A stretch of 64,000 nucleotides of DNA, taken from NCBI GenBank assembly GCA_016213645.1, contig JACQZY010000028.1, forward strand, positions 9,457 to 73,456, given 5' to 3'. The stretch's first letter is position 1. Each line of letters starts with the position of its first letter. This DNA is from Actinomycetota bacterium. GTDB taxonomy: Bacteria; Actinomycetota; Thermoleophilia; Solirubrobacterales; JACPNS01. The position numbers and the translations under genes were made by a program. Positions 13,923 through 25,521 of this stretch are shown piece by piece. The notes beneath the pieces are model-generated. The model ran no database searches. It was given only the letters and a program-made list of their open reading frames with translations, and had not been told where the DNA came from.

Positions 13923-14324
13923 ATGCCCCAAGCCGTCACCGAGTCCCCGAAATCGAAATCCGCCGAGACGCGAGCGATTTCGGACCTCGAATCCGCTGAG
14001 GCGGCGCTGCTTTCCGCAACGCCTGACCGCTCACCTTCACAGCGCATGGAGGCCCTTCGGCTGGCCAACGCCGTACGCACGGAGCGCGCCTCGCTGAAGC
14101 GCGATCTGAAGGCCGGTCGCCTGCGCATCGAGACCGTGCTGGCCGATCCGCCGGAGTGCGTGCACTCGGCAAAGGTCGCAGACATCATGCTCGCGGTGCC
14201 GCGCTACGGTCGTGTGAAGGTGGCCAAGGTGCTCCAGCGCTGCCGTATTTCGCCGAGCAAGACGGTCGCCGGTCTTTCCGAGCGCCAGCGCGGCGAGTTG
14301 ATCGACGCGCTGCGCCGTCCGTAA
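13923..14324 (+). CDS. mihF: actinobacterial-type integration host factor (mIHF-like)
   Basis: The C-terminal two thirds (RLRIETVLADPPE..AKVADIMLAVPRYGRVKVAKVL..ISPSKTVAGLSERQRGELIDAL) match the mIHF family as I recall it. It sits immediately upstream of gmk-rpoZ, as in Mycobacterium and Streptomyces. Start uncertain. Confidence 0.7.
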   Translation: MPQAVTESPKSKSAETRAISDLESAEAALLSATPDRSPSQRMEALRLANAVRTERASLKRDLKAGRLRIETVLADPPECVHSAKVADIMLAVPRYGRVKVAKVLQRCRISPSKTVAGLSERQRGELIDALRRP

Positions 14325-14360
14325 GCGTTTCGCTCTTTTTCACCGCCGCGCCCGTTTGCG

Positions 14361-15023
14361 TTGATGCTCGAACCCGCTCAGACGCGGTCCCACTCGTCGC
14401 GGCGCGACCGCAATCCGGCGGCGTCTTTAAGCTGCGCAGACGTGACCCACAGCGAAATCGCCGACACCCCGCGTTCGCGTGTCTTTGTAATCACCGGACC
14501 GTCCGGCGTAGGCAAGGGCACGGTGATCACTCGGTTGCGCGAAATGCGCCCGAACCTCGGGCTTTCGGTTTCGGCCACCACGCGAGCGCCTCGCGCCGGA
14601 GAAGTGGACGGCGTGGATTACCACTTCCTCGGTCAGGAGCAATTCGCCGAACACGTGGCAGCCGGCGATTTTGCCGAGCACGCCGAATACAGCGGCAACC
14701 GTTACGGCACGTTGCGTTCGGAACTGGAACGTCACCACGAAACGGGTGGGGTCGTACTGGAGATCGAGCTGCAGGGTGCCCGCCAGATACGCGCGGCGAT
14801 GCCGGAGGCCACGCAGATCTTCATCGCGCCGCCCAGCGCGGAAACGCTGCGCGAACGCCTGACCGGGCGCGGCACGGACTCGGCCGGCGACATCGAGCGC
14901 AGGCTTGCCGTGGCCGAAGGCGAACTTGCCGCGCAGAACGAGTTCGAACACGTTGTGGTGAACGACGATCTGGAACTCGCCGTGCGGCAGCTCGATGCGA
15001 TCGTCGGCGGCCGGGACGGCTAA
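14361..15023 (+). CDS. gmk: guanylate kinase
   Basis: P-loop GPSGVGKGT and SATTRAPRAGEVDGVDYHF. An alternative GTG start at 14442 gives a more typical length. Confidence 0.9.
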   Translation: MMLEPAQTRSHSSRRDRNPAASLSCADVTHSEIADTPRSRVFVITGPSGVGKGTVITRLREMRPNLGLSVSATTRAPRAGEVDGVDYHFLGQEQFAEHVAAGDFAEHAEYSGNRYGTLRSELERHHETGGVVLEIELQGARQIRAAMPEATQIFIAPPSAETLRERLTGRGTDSAGDIERRLAVAEGELAAQNEFEHVVVNDDLELAVRQLDAIVGGRDG

Positions 15024-15095
15024 GCTGTCGTTTACGCCATCGCCGAGGATTGCAGTGGGCAACAGCGGCGGCGAACTACCTCCAAGGAGCAGCAA

Positions 15096-15323
15096 GTGGT
15101 TGAACCGCGCGTAGACAAATTGCTTGAAAAGATCGATTCGCAGTACGCGGCAGTGATCGTCGCCGCCAAGCGCGCGCGCCAGATCAGCTCGTACTACCAC
15201 GGCCTCGGCGAAGGCCACTTCGGCGAATACGTCCCGCCGATGGTTGACACGCGCTCCAAGAACTATCTCACGATCGCCCTCGAAGAAGTCGAGGAAGACA
15301 AGATCAAGTACCAGTACCGCTAG
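15096..15323 (+). CDS. rpoZ: DNA-directed RNA polymerase subunit omega
   Basis: 75 aa with YAAVIVAAKRARQI. Conserved gmk-rpoZ adjacency. Confidence 0.85.
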   Translation: MVEPRVDKLLEKIDSQYAAVIVAAKRARQISSYYHGLGEGHFGEYVPPMVDTRSKNYLTIALEEVEEDKIKYQYR

Positions 15324-15442
15324 CCCTGCGGTATTTGTCGGACGAAGGCGCCGGTGGGCGGACGTCTCGTCCGCGCGTCCCACGCAAGCCGGCTTGCAAG
15401 ATCGGCCGGTGGCGGTCGATAATCAGTCAAGGTGATTGACCG

Positions 15443-16720
15443 ATGGCAAGAATCCTCTTAGGCGTAAGCGGCGGAATCGCCGCGTACAAGTCGGTGGAGT
15501 TCACGCGGCTGGCGATCAAAGCCGGCCACGCTGTGCGCGTGGTGCAGACTCCGGACAGTCTCAACTTCGTGGGTAAGTCCACGTTCGAAGGCATCACCGG
15601 CGCACCGGTCCTTACCGGGCAGTTCGAGCGCGATCCGGCCGGTGGGGCATTTCCGGATCAGCCGCGCCCGGCGCACGACCCGATCGGCCACCTGGAGCTT
15701 GCCGCCAACTGCGACATTTACGTGATCGCTCCGGCGACCGCCAACACGATCGCCAAGCTCGCGGGGGGCTTTGCCGACAACATGCTCACCGCGCTCGCGC
15801 TCTCGTGCCGCAAACCGCTGCTGGTAGCGCCGGCGATGAACAACGAGATGTACGTAAACGCTGCCACGCGCGAAAACATCGAAGCCCTGCGCCGTCGCGG
15901 TCTAACGTTGATTGAGCCGGAAACCGGCGAACTGGCCTCAAAGGGCGAGTACGGCATTGGAAGGTTGCCGGAACCGGCCACGCTGCTTGCCGAGACGGAG
16001 CGACTGCTGGCCGGCGCTCAAGCCGAGTTCGCGCCGCGCTCACTCGACGGTCTGAAGCTGTTGATCAGCGCCGGTGGCACACGCGAGCCAATCGACGAGG
16101 TGCGCTTCGTCGGTAACCGTTCCTCGGGCCGCATGGGATTTGCGATCGCCGACGAGGCCGCCGCACGCGGGGCGGAGGTCACCGTGATCGCCGCAAACGT
16201 GTCGCTCCAGCGCAATGAACGAGTCGAGTATGTGGATGTCGGCACCGCGGCCGAGCTTCAGCGCGAGATCGAAACACGGTTCGATGCCTGCGAAGCGCTG
16301 ATAATGGCCGCCGCCGTGGCCGACTTCAGGCCGGTGGAACCACAGGCGGGCAAAATCAAGAAGCGTGGCCGCGAAAGTCTGGCGATCGAGCTCGAGGCCA
16401 CGCGGGACATTCTCTCGGCGGTCGCCGCGAGAAGGCGCCCCGACCAGGTCGTCGTGGGTTTTGCCGCCGAGGCCGGGCCGGATCTGCTTGCCGAGGCCCA
16501 GCGCAAACTTGAGCAGAAGGGACTGGATCTGGTTGTCGCCAATGACATCGCGGACGCGGCGATCGGCTTTGAATCCACCGAAAACGAGGTCGTGATGATC
16601 GGCGCCGATCTGCGGCCGGAACGTCCTCCGCGTGGCAGCAAAAGGTTGGTCGCGCAGGCGATCCTCGATCGTCTGGAGCGGCTGGCCGGCGAGCGACGCG
16701 AGGCCGGCCAAACCGGCTGA
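15443..16720 (+). CDS. coaBC: bifunctional phosphopantothenoylcysteine decarboxylase / phosphopantothenate-cysteine ligase
   Basis: N-terminal flavoprotein domain (GVSGGIAAYK, PAMNNEM) fused to a CoaB domain (ISAGGTREPIDEVRFVGNRSSGRMG). Confidence 0.95.
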   Translation: MARILLGVSGGIAAYKSVEFTRLAIKAGHAVRVVQTPDSLNFVGKSTFEGITGAPVLTGQFERDPAGGAFPDQPRPAHDPIGHLELAANCDIYVIAPATANTIAKLAGGFADNMLTALALSCRKPLLVAPAMNNEMYVNAATRENIEALRRRGLTLIEPETGELASKGEYGIGRLPEPATLLAETERLLAGAQAEFAPRSLDGLKLLISAGGTREPIDEVRFVGNRSSGRMGFAIADEAAARGAEVTVIAANVSLQRNERVEYVDVGTAAELQREIETRFDACEALIMAAAVADFRPVEPQAGKIKKRGRESLAIELEATRDILSAVAARRRPDQVVVGFAAEAGPDLLAEAQRKLEQKGLDLVVANDIADAAIGFESTENEVVMIGADLRPERPPRGSKRLVAQAILDRLERLAGERREAGQTG

Positions 16721-16769
16721 AGCGCTCGCAACGGCGGCTGCGCGAACGGCCGGCCCGAAAGACCCTGCG

Positions 16770-16854
16770 GTATAATGCTGTTTCAGCAAACCTCCTTTTG
16801 GACGGCCGCGCCAGCCGCAATTGGGAAGTGGGCCTTACGCCCACTTTTTTCTTT
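16770..16854 (+). promoter_or_regulatory. candidate promoter plus terminated leader upstream of rimP-nusA-infB
   Basis: Perfect TATAAT at 16770-16775 (no good -35). About 50 nt downstream lies an intrinsic terminator that ends just before the rimP Shine-Dalgarno GAAGGAGG. Confidence 0.45.
16826..16854 (+). terminator. intrinsic terminator-like hairpin in the rimP leader
   Basis: aaGTGGGC-cttac-GCCCACtt followed by TTTTTTCTTT. This is one of the very few U-tract hairpins in the window. Confidence 0.55.
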
Positions 16855-16871
16855 GAAGGAGGGCATACGGA

Positions 16872-17378
16872 GTGAATATGCCGGCGACAGTGATCGAACA
16901 GCTACAGAGCGACATCGAAAGCAGGCTCGCCGACGCGGAGCCCGGCGTCGAGCTGCTGCTTTGCGAGCTGAACCGCGGCACCCTGCGCCTGTTTATCGAT
17001 CATTCCGACGGCGTGGATCTGGACCTCTGCGAGCGCGTGACGCGCCATCTGCGCGCATTGCGCGAGACCTATTCGATCGAGGTCTCGTCTCCGGGACCCA
17101 AGCGCCCGCTCACCAAGCCCGATCATTTTCGCCGCTTCGTCGGCCGCCGCGCGAAGATTCGTACGCGCAGCGATCACGACGGGCGCCGCAGCTTCACCGG
17201 CGAGCTCATCGCCGCGGACGATTCAGGGGTGACGATCGGTGCGGACGGCACGATCGTCACCGTTACCTACGAAGACATCAGCAAGTCAAATCTCGTACCG
17301 GAGGTCGCCGGACCGGCGGACTCCGACCGACCCGGAGGGCGCGCGAAGGCCGCCAAGCCGGGAAAAACAACTAAATAG
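16872..17378 (+). CDS. rimP: ribosome maturation factor RimP
   Basis: 168 aa with LEVSSPG-like IEVSSPGPKRPL, directly upstream of nusA. The start could be GTG 16872 or ATG 16878. Confidence 0.9.
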   Translation: MNMPATVIEQLQSDIESRLADAEPGVELLLCELNRGTLRLFIDHSDGVDLDLCERVTRHLRALRETYSIEVSSPGPKRPLTKPDHFRRFVGRRAKIRTRSDHDGRRSFTGELIAADDSGVTIGADGTIVTVTYEDISKSNLVPEVAGPADSDRPGGRAKAAKPGKTTK

Positions 17379-17392
17379 GAGTTCCCAGAACA

Positions 17393-19015
17393 ATGTCTCA
17401 GGAAATCGTTGACGCAATCAAGCTGCTGGAACGCGAGAAGGGGATCGACGCGGAAACCCTTATGACCGCGCTCGAAGACGCGATGCTGTCGGCCTACAAA
17501 AAGTCCCCCGGGTCCGCGAAATACGCCCGTGTGGAGCTTGACCGCGAGAGCGCCGATTTCCGCGTGTACGAACTGCTCGTGCCTGAAGACCTGGAGGACG
17601 AACTGCTCGACGAGGTTTACGAGCAGGAGTCCACGATCGACCCCGAGACAGGCGAACGCCGCGTGATCGAGGAGCCCGACATTTCACCGGAAAAACTCGC
17701 CGAACACCGCGACAAGATCCCGGAGCGCGATGTCACGCCCGAGAACTTCGGCCGCATCGCGGCTCAGACCGCCAAGCAGGTGATCTATCAGCGCATACGC
17801 GAGGCCGAGCGCACGATGATGTACGACGAGTACCACGACCGTGTCGGCGAGCTGATCACGGGCATCGTGCAGCAGACGGACCACCGCTACACGCTGGTGC
17901 AGCTACGCGAACGCGTCGAGGCTCTGCTGCCCAAGAGCGAGCAGGTGCCGCGCGAGCGCTACGAGCACGGCGCCCGCATCAAAGCCGTGATCACCGACGT
18001 CTCGGCCGAAAGCAAGGGTCCAAGCATCGTCGTCAGCCGCCGCAACCCGGAGCTGATCCGCAAACTCTTCGAACTGGAAGTACCCGAGGTCGCCGACGGT
18101 CTGGTGGAGATCCAGAACGTCGCACGCGAGCCCGGCTTCCGCAGCAAGATCGCCGTTGTTTCGCACGCTGACGGGGTAGACCCGGTCGGTGCCTGCGTAG
18201 GACCGCGCGGTTCGCGCGTGCGCATGGTCGTCAGCGAACTGCGCGGCGAGAAGATCGACATCATTCCTTACAACGACGAACCCGCCCGCTTTGTCGCCAA
18301 GGCGCTGGCTCCGGCCCGCGTGCGCGAGGTGCTGGTGGACGACGAAAACCAGCAGGCCACGGTGATCGTGCCCGACGACCAGCTTTCGCTGGCGATCGGC
18401 CGCGAGGGACAGAACGCCCGTCTGGCCGCACGCCTGACCGGTTGGCGCATCGACATCCGCTCCGAGAGCGACTTCGCCGACGAGGATGCCGGCGAGATCG
18501 AGGGCGAAGAGGAGGAGTCCGCGGGCCGTTGTCACGCGATTCTCAGCAACGGCCGGCTCTGCCCGAACGCCGCTCTGTCCGGCAGTCGCTTTTGCGGCCT
18601 GCCCGCCCACCAGGAACTCGCCAACACGGGCAGCGACTACGTGGACCCGTCGATGGCCGGTCAGGAAGACATCGCATCCGAAGATGCCGGATCGGAAGCA
18701 CCGGCCATGGAAGCACCGGCCGAGGAAGCGCCCGTCGCCGACGACGACACCGATGTGGTCAGTCCCGACGAAGAGGCCGCCGGCGCCGTGTCCGACGAGA
18801 ACGTGATCGAGCAGGAAGCGATTCAGGAGGCCGTCGAAAACGCTCCGGTCGCGGATGAAGACACCGATCAGTTGGCCGATGCCGAGGCGCAGGCCGAATC
18901 GGCCGTCGCCGTCGCCGACGAAGGCGCCGCGTTCCCGGCCACGGAGGCCGAGGAAACCGAGCTTGAAGCCGCCGAAGATGCCGCCGGGGATGAATTCTCC
19001 GGCGAGGATGAGTAG
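17393..19015 (+). CDS. nusA: transcription termination/antitermination factor NusA with a long acidic C-terminal extension
   Basis: N-terminal domain, S1 and two KH domains ([23 protein letters not shown]). These are followed by a Cys/His motif and an Asp/Glu/Ala-rich tail of about 130 aa. Confidence 0.95.
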   Translation: MSQEIVDAIKLLEREKGIDAETLMTALEDAMLSAYKKSPGSAKYARVELDRESADFRVYELLVPEDLEDELLDEVYEQESTIDPETGERRVIEEPDISPEKLAEHRDKIPERDVTPENFGRIAAQTAKQVIYQRIREAERTMMYDEYHDRVGELITGIVQQTDHRYTLVQLRERVEALLPKSEQVPRERYEHGARIKAVITDVSAESKGPSIVVSRRNPELIRKLFELEVPEVADGLVEIQNVAREPGFRSKIAVVSHADGVDPVGACVGPRGSRVRMVVSELRGEKIDIIPYNDEPARFVAKALAPARVREVLVDDENQQATVIVPDDQLSLAIGREGQNARLAARLTGWRIDIRSESDFADEDAGEIEGEEEESAGRCHAILSNGRLCPNAALSGSRFCGLPAHQELANTGSDYVDPSMAGQEDIASEDAGSEAPAMEAPAEEAPVADDDTDVVSPDEEAAGAVSDENVIEQEAIQEAVENAPVADEDTDQLADAEAQAESAVAVADEGAAFPATEAEETELEAAEDAAGDEFSGEDE

Positions 19016-19031
19016 GGGGCTGCAGCCGCAG

Positions 19032-21746
<2,715 letters not shown>

Positions 21747-21793
21747 TCCCGGCGCCGTCCACCTGATGCAAACCGAACGAGGCAGATTCCAAG

Positions 21794-22177
21794 ATGCAGG
21801 GCGAACGCATGAGGCGTGTCAACGAGGGGGTCCGCGAGATCGTCTCAAGCGCCGTGACTTCGGGTTTAAACGACTCGCGGATCGGTTTCGTGACGGTGAC
21901 CGGGGTGGAGACCAGCCCGGACCTACGACACGCGACGGTCTTCGTGAGCGTGCTCGGCGGTGCGGCCGAGCGCGAGCAGACGCTGGAGGCGCTTGCCGAG
22001 GCGCGCGCCGAGTTGCAACACGAAATAGCCGTGCATTTGCGCATGAAGAACACGCCAAGGCTCAAGTTCAGCTACGACGACAGTGTCGATCGCGGCATGC
22101 GCATTACGGAGATGATCAACGAAGAGGCGCGCGAGCACTACTCGCGGGAGCCCGAAGCGGAGGAATTCGATGAGTGA
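21794..22177 (+). CDS. rbfA: ribosome-binding factor A
   Basis: 127 aa with RRVNEGVREIVS...VTVTGVETSPDLRHATVFVS, downstream of infB. Confidence 0.9.
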   Translation: MQGERMRRVNEGVREIVSSAVTSGLNDSRIGFVTVTGVETSPDLRHATVFVSVLGGAAEREQTLEALAEARAELQHEIAVHLRMKNTPRLKFSYDDSVDRGMRITEMINEEAREHYSREPEAEEFDE

Positions 22178-23177
22178 CCGGGACGCGATCGTCCAGCGTT
22201 TTCGCGACGGCGACAAGTTTCTGCTGACGACGCACGAAAATCCCGACGGCGACGCCCTCGGTTCGCTGGTCAGCATGAACGCCGTGTTGCAGGCGCTGGG
22301 CAAGGACACCGTGATGTTCATGCGCGAGGACGAGTTCCCATTGCCCTACGAATATCGCTACCTGCTCGCCGACGACCAGGCGATTCACTTTGAGCCTGGC
22401 GACCTGCTTGATCGCACGGTGGTGTTTCTGGACTGCGGCCAGTTCGAGCGCATGGACGTGGATTTTCTTCGCAACGATGCGCTGACGCTGATCAACATCG
22501 ACCACCATCACGACAACACGCGGTTCGGCACGCTGAACATGGTGGAGGGCGGTGCCTCATGCACGGCGGAACTCGTTTATTCGCTGATGAAGGAACTCGG
22601 CGTTGAACTCACTCCGTTCATCGCCGACGCGCTGTACGTGGCACTTGTGACCGATACCGGGCGCTTCATGTACAGCAACACGGGCCCCGACGCGCACCGC
22701 ATGGCAGCCGACCTGATCGAATTTGGCGCCGTCGATGTACACGACGTTTACGTACGGCTCTTTGAGGACCAGCCCTACGCGAAAGTGCAGCTGCTGGCGC
22801 GCGCGCTCGCGACACTCAAGCGTTTTGACGGCGGACTCGTGACGGTCTGCAATCTCACGAAGGACGATTTCGACGAAACCGGCTCGGAAGAGACATTCAC
22901 GGAGGGCATCGTGGACTTCGCGCGGTCGGTATCCGGCACCGAAGTGGGAGTGCTCGTACGTGAACTCACCGGCGAGGGCCGCGAGCACCAGTCGAAAATC
23001 AGCCTGCGTTCAAGCGGCGACACCGTAGACGTCTCCGCAATCGCGCGCGGATTCGGCGGCGGCGGCCACCGCCAGGCAGCCGGCGCGACAACGGAAAAAA
23101 CCGTCGAGCAGATCATCAATGAGGTGCGCGACGCCGTGCGAGAACAACTCGCGGGTGACGCGACACCCGCCGCGTAG
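22170..23177 (+). CDS. nrnA: DHH/DHHA1 phosphoesterase (NrnA/CnpB-like nanoRNase / pAp phosphatase)
   Basis: NPDGDALGS, NIDHHHDN and GGGGHRQAAG motifs. Syntenic with the rbfA-adjacent DHH gene of actinobacteria. Confidence 0.85.
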   Translation: MSDRDAIVQRFRDGDKFLLTTHENPDGDALGSLVSMNAVLQALGKDTVMFMREDEFPLPYEYRYLLADDQAIHFEPGDLLDRTVVFLDCGQFERMDVDFLRNDALTLINIDHHHDNTRFGTLNMVEGGASCTAELVYSLMKELGVELTPFIADALYVALVTDTGRFMYSNTGPDAHRMAADLIEFGAVDVHDVYVRLFEDQPYAKVQLLARALATLKRFDGGLVTVCNLTKDDFDETGSEETFTEGIVDFARSVSGTEVGVLVRELTGEGREHQSKISLRSSGDTVDVSAIARGFGGGGHRQAAGATTEKTVEQIINEVRDAVREQLAGDATPAA

Positions 23178-23193
23178 GAGCGCTTTCGCGACC

Positions 23194-24072
23194 ATGGCCT
23201 CCCGCGACTGCGCGATCGCGCTGGTCGACAAGCCCGCCGGCATCACCTCGCACGACGTCGTCTTCCGCGCTCGCGGGCGTCTCAGCGCGCTCGCCTCGGA
23301 CGCCGCCGGGGAGCGAGTGCGCGTGAAGACCGGTCACGCCGGCACGCTCGATCCGTTCGCGACCGGCCTGCTGCTGATACTTACCGGCCGCGCGACGCGC
23401 CTGCAGCGGTATCTCCTCCATCTGCCCAAGACGTATGTGGCAACCGCGCGGCTTGGATGGCGGTCGGACACCGGGGATCGTGACGGCGAACTGACGCGGA
23501 CCGGACTGATTCCGGAGGACCCCGAGCTGCCGGCCGGAAAGTTGCTGTTGCCGGTTCCCGCGCATTCGGCGATCAAGGTGGGGGGTGAGCGGTTGTACGC
23601 AAAGGCTCGGCGCGGCGAAGTGTTTACGCCGCCAGAGCGCGAGATGACCGTCTATCGTGCCGAGCGCATGCAGTCAGACGGCGAACGCGCGACTTTCGAG
23701 ATCGACTGTGCCGGCGGCACCTATGTGCGCAGCGTCGTCGCGACGCTGCACGACGCCTACTGTGAAGAGCTTCGCCGTACTCGAATCGGCGGCATGCGCG
23801 TGGAGGATGCGGTCGTGCCTGACGACCTGTCACTTGAATCGCTGATCGATCCGCTGGTCGCTCTTGCGCACCTGCCCGGCCGCGAACTGGACGAAGCCGA
23901 CGCGATGACGATGATCCACGGGCGAACGCTCGATGCAGGCGAATTCGCCGATGATGACGCGGTAAGTCTGGTGTGTGACGACCGGCTGCTGGGTGTAGGC
24001 AGGGTGCGAGACGGTGCGCTGCGTCCGGAGACGGTTCTGGCTGCGTCGCTGGAGGAGCTTCGCGCGCGATGA
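23194..24072 (+). CDS. truB: tRNA pseudouridine(55) synthase
   Basis: LVDKPAGITSHDVV and the catalytic-Asp motif GHAGTLDP. Start moved to ATG 23194, because the 23119 extension overlaps nrnA. Confidence 0.9.
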   Translation: MASRDCAIALVDKPAGITSHDVVFRARGRLSALASDAAGERVRVKTGHAGTLDPFATGLLLILTGRATRLQRYLLHLPKTYVATARLGWRSDTGDRDGELTRTGLIPEDPELPAGKLLLPVPAHSAIKVGGERLYAKARRGEVFTPPEREMTVYRAERMQSDGERATFEIDCAGGTYVRSVVATLHDAYCEELRRTRIGGMRVEDAVVPDDLSLESLIDPLVALAHLPGRELDEADAMTMIHGRTLDAGEFADDDAVSLVCDDRLLGVGRVRDGALRPETVLAASLEELRAR

Positions 24073-24950
24073 GCATCGAGATTCACAAGCTGTCGGAGGC
24101 CGTGCAGCGGCCTCGCCATGTCGCCATCGGCACGTTCGACGGCGTTCATTTGGGGCATCGACAGGTGATCGACGCCGCCGACACCGTTCTTACCTTCGAT
24201 CCGCATCCGCTGACCGTGATCAATCCCGACGCGGCTCCGAAGCTGCTGACGCACCTGCCGCTGAAGGCGCGCATTCTGGACGGGATCGGCGTTCAGGAGA
24301 TGGTGCTGATCGAGTTCAACGACGAGTTCGCCCACATAGATCCGGAGCATTTCGTACGCCACGTGCTGTTGGAACGGCTGGGCGCCACGAAAGTTTCGGT
24401 GGGAGAGAACTTCCGGTTTGGCTTCAAGGCCACCGGCGACCCGCAGTTTCTGTCTGGTTTCGACGAGTTCGAGACGCGCGTTGTCACCTTGGTTGAACAC
24501 GGCGGCGAGATTGTTTCGTCCACTCAAATTCGCGGCCTCGTGGCCGCCGGCGACGTGCACCGGGCCGACGAACTGCTCGGTTACCCGTTCACGATGGTCG
24601 GCGAGGTCGCTCACGGCGACAAGCGAGGCCGAGAGCTGGGCTTTCCCACGGTCAACCTGATCCCCGGCGAACACGACTGCGTGCCCGGACACGGCGTCTA
24701 CGCGGCGCTCACGAACGGTGTGCCAAGCGCGGTCAACGTGGGCGTCAGGCCGACCTTTGGCACGGGCCGCGCCTTGCTGGTGGAGAGTTATCTGATCGAC
24801 TGGTCCGGGGATCTCTACGGCCAGACCGTGGAGGTGGCGTTCCTGGAACGCATGCGTGGCGAACGGCGGTATGAGTCCGCCGAGGCGCTGACCGTACAAA
24901 TGCAACAGGATGTCTCAAACGCGCGTGAGATCTGCGCCGGGCGAGGCTGA
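24069..24950 (+). CDS. ribF: bifunctional riboflavin kinase / FAD synthetase
   Basis: GTFDGVHLGH nucleotidyltransferase motif and a C-terminal riboflavin kinase (GFPTVN). ATGA overlap with truB. Confidence 0.95.
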   Translation: MSIEIHKLSEAVQRPRHVAIGTFDGVHLGHRQVIDAADTVLTFDPHPLTVINPDAAPKLLTHLPLKARILDGIGVQEMVLIEFNDEFAHIDPEHFVRHVLLERLGATKVSVGENFRFGFKATGDPQFLSGFDEFETRVVTLVEHGGEIVSSTQIRGLVAAGDVHRADELLGYPFTMVGEVAHGDKRGRELGFPTVNLIPGEHDCVPGHGVYAALTNGVPSAVNVGVRPTFGTGRALLVESYLIDWSGDLYGQTVEVAFLERMRGERRYESAEALTVQMQQDVSNAREICAGRG

Positions 24951-25002
24951 AACGCAGGATTGATCGCATCGGCCTTTCGCGGCTGGTACCCTTGCGTGCC
25001 GC

Positions 25003-25272
25003 ATGTCAGAACCAAAAGGACTTAAAGCAGATGTCGTCGGCAAGTTCGGCAAGGACGCGGCCGACACCGGCTCCACTCAGGTGCAGGTCGCGCTGCTGAC
25101 CGAGCGCATCAATCACCTCACCGAGCACCTTCGCGAGCACAAGAAGGATCACCACTCGCGCCGCGGCCTGCTCAAGCTCGTCGGCAAGCGCCGTCGCCTG
25201 CTCGACTACCTGCGCAACCGCGATCTCGACGGTTACCGCAAGCTGATCGCGGATCTGGGTCTCCGCCGCTAG
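25003..25272 (+). CDS. rpsO: 30S ribosomal protein S15
   Basis: 89 aa with [35 protein letters not shown]. Confidence 0.95.
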   Translation: MSEPKGLKADVVGKFGKDAADTGSTQVQVALLTERINHLTEHLREHKKDHHSRRGLLKLVGKRRRLLDYLRNRDLDGYRKLIADLGLRR

Positions 25273-25360
25273 CGCGGCACTGTGTTTCCGCCGCTCACGC
25301 GGCACTGTGTTTCCGCCGCTCACGCGGATCTGGGTCTCCGTCTCCGCCGCTAGCGCGGCA
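25249..25360 (+). repeat. nested direct repeats: duplicated rpsO 3' end flanking a 25-nt tandem unit
   Basis: gcggatctgggtctccgccgctagcgcggca (25249-25279, includes the rpsO stop) recurs at 25324-25360 with a 6-nt tctccg insertion. Between the copies, cgcggcactgtgtttccgccgctca occurs twice in tandem (25273-25297, 25298-25322). Confidence 0.9.
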
Positions 25361-25521
25361 TCGGTTATCACCGTTGTCGGCACGGCTTCTTACCTGCCTT
25401 GACGTGCCCGGAGCAGGAAGTCCGTCGAAACCCGCAAACTGGTAGCTTTAGCGATTAATAGCTGTCATAGAGCAGATGAATCTCACGCCCCATCCGGGGG
25501 CGAGTTAGGAAGAAAAACTTC

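Noticed and set aside
25249-25360. Possible CRISPR-like array (also considered for the 31700-31729 and 51004-51074 repeats)
   Set aside because: The repeats are contiguous tandem units of 7-25 nt with no unique spacers and no cas genes nearby. These are simple tandem or nested duplications.
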